This document shows, piece by piece, positions 55,101 through 64,000 of a stretch of DNA of 64,000 nucleotides. Position 1 is the stretch's first letter, and each line of letters opens with the position of its first letter. The notes below the pieces were generated by a model. That model did no database searches and was not told the DNA's origin. It worked only from the letters and a program-made list of their open reading frames with translations. The stretch is from Tubulanus polymorphus. Its lineage: Eukaryota; Animalia; Nemertea. The stretch lies in contig NC_134025.1 of NCBI RefSeq assembly GCF_964204645.1, positions 16,777,101-16,841,100 of the forward strand, in the 5' to 3' direction. Both the position numbers and the translations under genes were made by a program.

Positions 55101-56949
55101 AAGATTTCTTCAAATTAATGAATAATAGTTTTTATGGTAAAACATGTGAAAATATTAGAAATAGAAATGATATTGAATTAGTAAATAATTCTGAAAGATT
55201 AAGACATTTACAATCAAGTCCTAGACATTTAGGAAATAAAAGATTTGAAGATTATTTAACAGCAGTTAAATTAAAAAGAACATCAATGAAATTTAATAAA
55301 CCTATATTTATTGGTTCGACTGTTTTAGAAGTATCAAAATAATTAATGTATGATTTTTATTATAATGTTTTACAACCACTTTTTGGGGAAAAGCATATTG
55401 AAATATTATATTTTGATTCTGTAACAGCTGAGACCCCAATATTATTAAAATGTAATGATAAAATATTGATAAGAAGAATTTCAGAAATAATTCCAAGACA
55501 AAATGAATGTTATATTTCATATGGAGAAAAAGAATTAAAACAAATAAATGGTTTAATGGATGTTTGGACAAGAAATGGATGGAAAAAATTAAAGAATATT
55601 ATTAGGCATAAAACAAATAAGAAAATCTATAGAGTTAGAACTAAATTAGGATTTGTAGATGTTACAGAAGATCATAGTTTAATGAAACGAAATGGTGATG
55701 AAATAAAACCAACTGATATAAAAATTGGAGATGAATTATTACATAAAAGATTTTTCCAAAGAATGAATCATATGTCATTTGATGAAATTATTGATAATAT
55801 TTATAATATAGAACCCGAAACATTAGAAGAAAAAGAATATTTTATCAAAGGATTTTTCATGGGTGATGGCTCAGCAGGTGTGTATAATTATGTTTGGGGT
55901 AATAAATATTGTTGGTATTTATGCAAACTTATATGCAGACTTAAAATTATTAGAAAGAATTAAGAAATTCTGTGAAGAAGTTTATCCAAATAAAACATTT
56001 AAAATTATGGATGTTATGAAATCATCAGCAGTTTATAGAATACTTGTGAATAATCCTAAAGATTTTGCTATAAAATATAATGATGAATTCTATAATCATG
56101 CAATAGTGAAAAGTAATACTTCAACTAAAGAAAAGATAGTTGCAGATTATGTATTAAATGCAAAGAATAATTTAAGAAAATGGTTCTTCATTGGATTCTA
56201 TGCCGCAGATGGAACTAAAAAATTTACAAAGGATAAAAAGATAACCTTCGCGCAGAAAGAAAAAGTTGCTATATCAGGATTAAATATATTATGCAGTTCA
56301 TTAGGATTTAATATGAATATAGAATTAATTAAATCTAAACCAAATTGTTTTAATTTAAGGCATGTAGAAAAAGAATTAACAGAAGAAGTTAAAGATTTAT
56401 TTGAAATATATAACCCAACAGATTATGTTTATGATTTATCAACAGATGATGGAACATTCAATTCTGGGTTCCCATTAATCCAAAAAAATACCGATAGTTA
56501 CATACTAAAAATCAAGACAAATGACATAACAAAAGACTTAAAAACATTAAAACATCATTTTGATTTTAGCAATTATCCCAAAGATCATGAACTATTTAGC
56601 AATGATAATAAAAAGATTCCTGGTAAATTTAAAGATGAATTAGGGGGTGATGAAATGATTGAATTTGTTGGGATAAGAAGTAAAATGTATAGTTACAGAA
56701 CAAAAGATCATGAAGCTAAAAAGTTAAAAGGAATAACAAAACATGTAGTTGATAGACTTACATATAGAATTTCAAGATTATATAAAGTGTTTATATAAAT
56801 CAATTGTAATGAAACACAAAATGAATTGTTTAAGATCAGAAGATCACGAGATGTACATTAATGAAGTTGAAAAAACTGGTTTAAATCCATTTGATGATAA
56901 AAGGCATATTTTAGATGATGGTATAAAAACATTACCTTATGGTCATTAA
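52176..56949 (+). pseudogene. polB: Protein-primed family B DNA polymerase with N-terminal zinc fingers, endonuclease-VII-like insert and an intein
   Basis: FVIYEDFES (ExoI), VRDHDHLNSKYRGAAHEDCN, FHNLSGYD (ExoII), SIRGG, YIDANNLYGWAM, KLMNNSFYGK, YFD|TDS, GKFKDE, KMYS; several stops and frameshifts. Confidence 0.95.
55418..56489 (+). mobile_element. Intein with LAGLIDADG homing endonuclease at the PolB YxD/TDS site
   Basis: Starts SVTAETPILL, block B VDVTEDHSL, LAGLIDADG motifs FIKGFFMGDGS and FFIGFYAADGT, block F YVYDLST, ends IQKN followed by Thr; one frameshift ~55925-55935. Confidence 0.95.
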
Positions 56950-58260
56950 AACATAAAATCAATATCATCATACTCGAAATCACTATTGGCTTCTTCATTT
57001 TCATTTAATTGTTTAGGTTCTTCTTCCATTCCATTTTTCTCATTTAAATAAAGTTCTATCTTGTTCCACATTTCATCTCGCTCTCTTTGTTTCTTTTTGT
57101 TTGTTAATTCATCAAATGGAATTATAATATCGATGTTTAAATAATTTACAATCTTATTTAAAAAGAATTCATAATTAATTGAATCTGTTATTCTATTTTC
57201 CAAATGATACATTAATATTTGTTTGAATATTTTTTTTATATTTTCCGTATCTTCTTCTGTTAATTTAGGTTTTTCATAATAATCGTTAAATAATAAATAT
57301 AAATACATTTTCTTTTGTTTTGTGTTAAATGTTGACGGAATAATTGTTTTTATAATATCTTTTTTAGTTATTTCACCATTTTTATTTTCTATTATTTTCA
57401 TTTTTTCAAGCCATTGCATATATTCTGGTGTATGATCTTCTATAGAAAATATTTTAAAAATTTCATCAAGATAATTTAATTTTGGATCTATGAGAAAATT
57501 TCTAGTTTTTTCTTCACCCAATAAATTCTTTTGCTATCCACATTCATTACAAAATAACACAGTACCTTCTTGTCTTAAGGTCGCATAAATACATTGTGGG
57601 CATTTTTGTTTATAATTTATTGGTAATAGATCTTCATTAAGCTCTTGGTATTTTCTTACGTTTTCTTTATGTTTTATTGTTCTATTATGTAGATTTGAAT
57701 AACTTGTTGTAATAATCAATTTACAATATTTACAATATTGTTTTTCTTGTTAATTCATTATATTGTTTTTCTAACTTTTCAACTGTTTCTTTATTATCTG
57801 GTAAGGTTTTCTCATATTTTATTTTTTCTAATAAATTATCTTTTCTTTCATTGAATTCAGTTTCAAATTTATTAGAAATTGTATCTATATGTGCTTTACG
57901 AAATTGATGATTCTCCCAATCTTCTATATTTTCAGGGCTATATTTTATTCGACAAGGCTCGCAGAAATGATCTTTTATATTATCCTTATCATAGAATAAG
58001 AAAGGTCTTTTCCAAATAATTTCAGGTTCAACTTCAACAGAATTACTATTACTTTCATTACTATCAACATTAGCCGTTGCGCCATTAATTCTACACTTCT
58101 CTGAATGTTTTTTAACATAATTTCTTGAGAATAATTTATTACATTTTGGGCAGTTTATTTTAGGGGGTTTATAATTTTCATCATGTTTTTTCATATGTCG
58201 AGCCATATCACTTTTTCTTAAAAGTTCACCACAAATTTCGCATGCTATCTTCTCATCCAT
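56946..58260 (-). pseudogene. Multi-zinc-finger protein fused to a VLTF3 (poxvirus A2-like late transcription factor) domain
   Basis: C2H2 fingers (CEICG..H, CPKC..H, CEPC..H, CKYC..H..H), zinc ribbon CPQC..FCNECG, then KLNYLDEI..SINYEFFLNKI..KKKQRERDEMWNKI; one frameshift ~57745 and one stop 57534-6. Confidence 0.72.
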
Positions 58261-58328
58261 TTATTAAGGAAAAATTTTATTAAAATTAATTTTTAGTGAT
58301 GAGCGGTAATTGTTTTATGTTATAAATA

Positions 58329-59117
58329 ATGGTAGAATTAAAAGAATACAGAATATTTGTTGATTCTAGAAAACTAACAAATTATAAATCACATAATTTA
58401 CTAGTTCAATTAGATAGAGAATTTAAGAATTGTGTTGATTTAAAATTAGTAAATATAAGTTTATGTAACTCATTTTACAATATATCGGATAAAACTGATG
58501 AACATAGAATCCTTTTTATTTTTGATAAAATTAGAAATAAACGGTTTCAACTTTATCTAACACCAGGATTATATAATTTAGAAACATTAGCGCAAGAAAT
58601 TAATCGGAAAGCTCGGATTGTGTTAGGTAGTGATTCTAAATTTTCAATTAGATTTATAAAAAGTGATAGTTCTGATAAAATTAAAGTAAAGTTTGATGAT
58701 GAAAATATTAGTCCTGATTCATTGATGTTAAGAAGACATGCTTACGCGGTAAAAAAACCTTTTGCTTAACTGTTAGGAATTCCTCCAGATAAACTTATTG
58801 TTGGAAACATATACGGTATATCAAATTTAATACCTTTTACACATTTTTATATTTATTGTAATTTAATTGATCCTACAAAAACATTCGAAGCAGCTAAAGA
58901 TATAACTTGTAATTCTAGTATACTAAATATTTTACCATTGAAGAATGTTAAACAATTTGGAACGCAACTAAATTATAATTTAGCTGAATGTGATTTCAAA
59001 CCTTGTATTCCACATTTCAATAATTTTAAATTAGAAATAAGAAATCATAATGGATATTTAATTGATTTGAATAACTTTCCTGTAATTTATGAATTAGTTA
59101 TAAGATGTAAAGAGTAA
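58329..59117 (+). pseudogene. Polinton minor capsid protein (penton-like), one in-frame stop
   Basis: IFVDSR..NSFYNIS..PGLYNLETL..FYIYCNLID..ILNILPL..LIDLNNFPVIYELVI; TAA at 58767. Confidence 0.75.
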
Positions 59118-59133
59118 TTTTTTCATTATATAA

Positions 59134-59448
59134 ATGAATATAACTGTTGGACCGAGTATATGTTTTGGGTTTGTTTTTAAACGTGAGAAAGAAATGAAAT
59201 TTAACATTAATGATGTAATCACACAAATCAAAAATATTGCATTTTCTAATGAAACAACATTTAAGTATGAAAAAACAATAGATAAAGAAACTTTAAATGT
59301 AGAATAGATTACTAATTTAATTAGAGAATCTTTAAGATTTTATGAATTAGATGAAGATTTTATCATCGATGATATTAAAAAAATAATAATTGAAATATAT
59401 ACAAATGAAACTAGTAATGAAATAAATGTAGAATTAATCATAAGTTAA
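59134..59448 (+). pseudogene. Small Polinton ORF, unknown function, one internal stop
   Basis: Shared start motif TAAATG; frame open apart from TAG ~59305. Confidence 0.5.
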
Positions 59449-59486
59449 CTAAATATTTTGATGATAGTAATTTTTTTGATAAATAA

Positions 59487-60289
59487 ATGAGTGATAATAA
59501 GTGGATAATAACTGGATTACCGTAAAAACCGGCATATAAGTCAAGTTTTTAACCCTTGATTTTACCACTAAATTATTGACCTCGACTTATACGCCGAGTA
59601 CAGTTTTCTACGAAGTATTTTCAGGTCACAAGAAATATTGAATCTACCAGACAAAAAAGACTATAACAGTGCTATAACAGTTTGAATAATTATTCATGAT
59701 AAATAAAGTTATTTAATGAAAAAAACTTCTTTCATTTTGACACAGCTTCATTTAAAACGATGTATTCATATATGCGCGCTCATAGCAGCGCTTAATACAC
59801 TAGGCTATATATAGCATGTGACTCACACTACTGTATCACTGTATGGTAGTGTATTATACCTGAGTGTATGTAACAGTCTATTGATTAACACACAGCAGCA
59901 ATCAGGCTGACGCGTGGCGGCGTGCGTGAAGGCACACATCGTTATCAAAACAAACTATTCAATACAATGATACTAGTAATTATTCTTCTAAGAGAAGGGA
60001 CTCGACTTATAAGCCGGATATGTTAAAATCATAAAATGTAGGTCTAAAAATCGACCTCGACTTATACGCCGCGTAGACTTATACGCCGGTTTTTACGGTA
60101 TATAATGGAGCATTACTATCAGTTGGAACTGTTGGTTATTCAATGGTATTAAAAAAAGTATTTAAAATGGGAAGTGTTAATGTTGATAGATTTGATATAA
60201 ATGATATTTTAAAATTAACATTAGCAGTTACTTTATCTAATTTAACTATTGATTATTTGGAAAAACAAAAATATATTCCTCCCATATAA
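59487..60289 (+). pseudogene. Small hydrophobic Polinton protein split by a MITE
   Basis: MSDNKWIITGL|YNGALLSVGTVGYSMVLKK...YLEKQKYIPPI restored after removing 59520-60100. Confidence 0.75.
59520..60098. mobile_element. Tc1/mariner-pogo-type MITE
   Basis: TA|ccgtaaaaaccggcatataagtc ... gacttatacgccggtttttacgg|TA. Confidence 0.9.
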
Positions 60290-60313
60290 ATGCGTAATTA
60301 TTTTGCTAAATAA

Positions 60314-60733
60314 ATGGCTTCTGCAATTGTAACTATTATAGGATCGGCAAATGTTAACGCTTTGGCATTTACTGGTGGTGGTTATTTATTTAAACATATT
60401 GATAAAAATAGTTCATTAGGAGAACAAAGAAGACATAACTTAGCATTAGAAAAATATAATAAAGCAGCAGAAGAATATAGAGAAAAGAGGCAAAACTATA
60501 TGGATTATATTAACAAAGAATTATATGATCAGAAGATTTCACATAGAGATTTTCAATCAGTTGATGCAATGAGCTTATATAACGCAGTAACAAATACAGA
60601 AAAATTACATCTATACAAACCTAAATTATCAGATTATTATACCCCAAGTAAAGAACAACAGAAATATGAAATAATATGGATTTTAGGTGGAACTGTTATT
60701 GTTATATTTGTAGCATATAAATTTACTAATTAG
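60314..60733 (+). CDS. Polinton protein with hydrophobic termini and coiled coil
   Basis: Intact 139 aa; NALAFTGGGYLF..EQRRHNLALEKY; C-terminal TM segment; shared start motif. Confidence 0.75.
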   Translation: MASAIVTIIGSANVNALAFTGGGYLFKHIDKNSSLGEQRRHNLALEKYNKAAEEYREKRQNYMDYINKELYDQKISHRDFQSVDAMSLYNAVTNTEKLHLYKPKLSDYYTPSKEQQKYEIIWILGGTVIVIFVAYKFTN

Positions 60734-60753
60734 TAATTTTTTTTTCTAAATAA

Positions 60754-61188
60754 ATGGAAGATAAAGTTGATAGTATTGATATCATTCCTCATGATATAAA
60801 TAAAACTAAATTAAAAATATATTTAGAAAAACAAATATTAGAATTTGAAAGTGACTTAAAGATAAAAAAGAAAAAGTATTAAAAAAGTAAAATTATATAT
60901 TATTTGATTATTAGTGGTTCGGTTACAATTAGTTCTGTAATAACATTTCTAGCAATATTCAGTCCATTAACACCTTTAGCTATATCAATTGGTGTGTTAG
61001 GTTTAAGTTCAAGTGTATTAACTGGTATAAGTTCAAAATTAAATATAAAAAGTAATAAAGAAAAAATTAAAACTAATATAAAAGAGATTAATAAATCAAA
61101 GAATACACTAGATTATATAAAAAGTTTAAATGGCCATATAACAGTTGAAGAACAAGATAAATTATTAAAAGAATTAATAAATTATTAA
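60754..61188 (+). pseudogene. Two-TM Polinton protein, one premature stop
   Basis: ATG after shared motif; in frame with 60904-61188 hydrophobic ORF. Confidence 0.65.
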
Positions 61189-61204
61189 TTTTTTAATTAA
61201 ATAA

Positions 61205-62555
61205 ATGGTAGATAGTTTTCCAAAAGCTTTCCAATATAATAAATCAATTAAATATAATATTCCTGCAATAGATTTTAATAAAGATATTACATATAGAAAT
61301 GAAGTTTTAGATTCATTAACTAATTTAGAAATTTATGTTACTGAAACTAATAATTTTAATGCAAAGATGGAAAATATATTTCATGTATATTTAATTAATT
61401 TTAAAAAATTGAAAGATGAAAAACAATGGTTATTAAAATCTAATATGAAGTATTGGCAGAACCAATTCAATTTTGCTGTTTATTGTGCAACAACAGGAAG
61501 CGGAATTAGTTGGAATGATCATTTGAATAATTCTATAATATAAATTAATTCAAAGTTTATTTAGATTTTATACATACTTTCAAATCAGAATAATATTAAA
61601 TGAATTAGAGTGCGCTTTACCAGGATCTAGATATTTTAAAGAACTAGATAATAATATTAATTTATCAAAGTTTTATAAAATTTGTAATGAATTAAATATA
61701 GATATAAATAATTCTGATTTTAGAACAAAAATTGGAACGATAAGATCACTTCCTTGCCCTAAAAAGATTGCAGAATATTGTGCACTTCCCATACCATCTA
61801 ATAGTTTTTATAATATCTATAGTAATAAATTAGGTTACATTAAATTTCAATAAATTACCGACATTTTATGATAATTTAAAACAAGAAAACAATAATGGTT
61901 GGGTTTATTTCATTTTAGAAAATAATGAAGGTTTTACAAAATCAGGTATACAAAGAATAAATCAATCTATTAGAACTTATTTGATATGTATTCTAGGTGC
62001 ACAAGTTGAAACAAGATCACCGATAATTGGAAATTTGAATACATCATTCGGTACACAAAAACAATTTAAAGTTTTATTTGAAGATTCCATACATAATGAT
62101 AAAAATAGATCGATTCCAGAAAACATTGTAAGATATCAAAATTATTTAGATAAATCACATATTAGATTAAATTATTGTATAGGCCCTAATCTATTAATTA
62201 TTTCTAATGATTTAGTATTAAAGATGGGAAACATAATTGGTTATAATAATCTAATTAAAACTGCAACAATAAATAATTCATTTGGATTGAATTATATAAA
62301 TAAAAAGATTATTACTGCTCCAAAATTAATGGAAGGTGTAAAAAATAAAAAACACATTCAATCAACAGAAACTAAAACTAAGAATATTAAATTAAATAAT
62401 GATTCTAAAATAAAAGATTATAATACATCAGAAAATATAAAAACTGATATTATTCAACATGATATAATTAAAACTGATAATGATAATAAATCCCATGAAA
62501 ATACTAAACTTGTATAGGAATTGTAATCGGAGCAATATTATATTTTAAATTTTAA
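61205..62555 (+). pseudogene. Polinton conserved hypothetical protein, fragmented
   Basis: MKYWQNQFNFAVYCATTGSGISW; RINQSIRTYLICILGAQVETRS; stops and frameshifts. Confidence 0.65.
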
Positions 62556-62571
62556 TTTTTTTATTATATAA

Positions 62572-64000
62572 ATGGATGTAGGTGGAGAAGATATTGGAAT
62601 GGATAATTTTGCTGAACCTGGCATAACTGATGAACAACCACCTGATTTTGATGAAACAAGTTTTAATGATGGTAATGAGCCAGAATATAATAATAATTTG
62701 AATATGCCTGATTATATTAATAATGCAGAATCACAATTAAATCCTGAAAATTTAGACCCAGATTTAGTAAAACAAGATTTAGATAATTTAAACAAAATAC
62801 CTAAATTAGAAGATTTAATTGAAAAATCTAAACTTAACATAAATGATGAAGACGTTGGACTTTTAGCAGATCAATTAAAATTTTTAGATAATGGTAAATG
62901 TTATTATCGTTTGAAAGGTGATTATTATATTGATATCACTTATAAAAATAATAAAATAAAATATTATCAGATTCAACTTTAGAAAAATTAAAACCAGATA
63001 GAATTAAAATAATAAGTAATAGTAATGAAATAACTGATGTTACACAAAAAGAAATAGATGATAATATAGACGTATTTAAACAAAGAATTAATGAATTATT
63101 TGAAATAATCAAAAAGAAATCAGAAACAGAAACAACTTCTGAACAGAATATAACTTCCAAAAATAGTAAACTTAAATCAAATAAAGTTCCAATTGAAAAA
63201 CTTTTACCGAATGGATTACTTGATGCAACAGATCAAGAATTAGAAGATTTAGATATATTTTCTGATAAAGCAATTAGAGAAATTATTAGTATAAGACTTG
63301 CATCTGATAAAATTGCACATAATAAAAGTATAAGAGATCAAAAAATTATGTATTTGGAAAAAGAATTAACTGATAAAAATAAAGAAATAGAACAATTAAA
63401 ATTAGACAGAGATAATAAAGTTATTGAAGAAATCGAATTTAAAAAAAGAAATGCATATTTAGAAAAAGGAATTAATAATTTAAAGGATAATTTAGAAGTA
63501 CAAAAAGAAGAAATTAAATTATTATTAAAATCATATGATTATAATATAAAAAGATTAAAAGTTATTTTTAAAGATTTATTGATAAAACCAAATTCTGAAA
63601 TATCAATGAAAGATAGAATAAAGTTATTATTTAAATTAGAAGGAATAACAATTCTTTCAATTCTAACAGCTGTAACTATGTTATTTACAACAATTGGTTT
63701 AGCTATATCAAATGCTTTAAAATCTACACCTACTCCCAATAAACCGGATAAACCCCCGAATGATAATAATTCTATACAAGATAAAGTTAAGGATGGTTTA
63801 AAGAAATTAGCAAAATATTTATGGGAACTATCTAAAAAATCTGCTGCAGCATTGCCAGGAGTTATTGCATCAATTGTTGGTTTTATATTGAAATCTGCTG
63901 GGAATATTCTTAACTTTGCTGCTGAACATATTATTTTATTTTTAATTACAGTTGTAAGTGCTATTATTTTTGGGTTAGTAAATATGATATCAAAAAGATA
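62572..64000 (+). pseudogene. Large acidic/coiled-coil/membrane Polinton protein, frameshift ~62960, runs off window
   Basis: Second frame open to window end: RIKLLFKLEGITILSILTAV..ALPGVIASIVGFILK. Confidence 0.7.

Larger units (their letters stand above)
52155..62574. promoter_or_regulatory. Recurrent Polinton gene-start motif (G)TAATTTTTT-N5-8-ATAAATG, 9 instances
   Basis: Before ATGs at 52176, 58260(-), 58329 (variant), 59134, 59487, 60314, 60754, 61205, 62572. Confidence 0.8.
52120..64000. mobile_element. Polinton/Maverick (polinton-like virus), decayed, continues beyond window
   Basis: Abrupt shift to very AT-rich, intronless, densely packed ORFs; pPolB, penton-like gene, small membrane-protein genes; putative left end agagtactagagtactag. 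Confidence 0.92.

Noticed and set aside
55418-56489. Hedgehog/Hint host gene or group I intron
   Set aside because: Sits precisely within YxDTDS with both splice-junction residues and an internal LAGLIDADG, i.e. an intein
52120-64000. Bacterial, phage or free giant-virus contamination
   Set aside because: Contains a host-type TA MITE and many disabling mutations; polymerase is the Polinton protein-primed type

Overview
AT-rich animal (invertebrate, probably lophotrochozoan-like) genomic DNA dominated by nested transposable elements. 0.3-14 kb: a minus-strand, intron-rich Dmrt (DM-domain) host gene whose introns hold piggyBac/mariner MITEs, Helentron-type (HINE-like) satellite elements, a BEL/Pao remnant and a CR1-like LINE fragment. 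17-31 kb: more HINE-like elements, a long-TIR element and a hAT transposon with a 5-bp TSD. 32-49.3 kb: a three-level nest (intron-containing pogo-like transposon > Mutator-like long-TIR element > full-length Gypsy with an intact extra SGNH-hydrolase ORF). 52.1-64 kb: part of a decayed Polinton/Maverick running off the window. Its protein-primed PolB carries a LAGLIDADG intein in the catalytic YxD/TDS motif that closely resembles the Mimivirus PolB intein. It also encodes a zinc-finger/VLTF3-like (poxvirus late transcription factor) gene, and every identifiable gene start has a shared TAATTTTT..ATAAATG motif. Together these suggest a giant-virus-associated (virophage-like) Polinton that brought an intein into an animal genome. 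Family assignments rest on motif recognition from memory; no searches were run.
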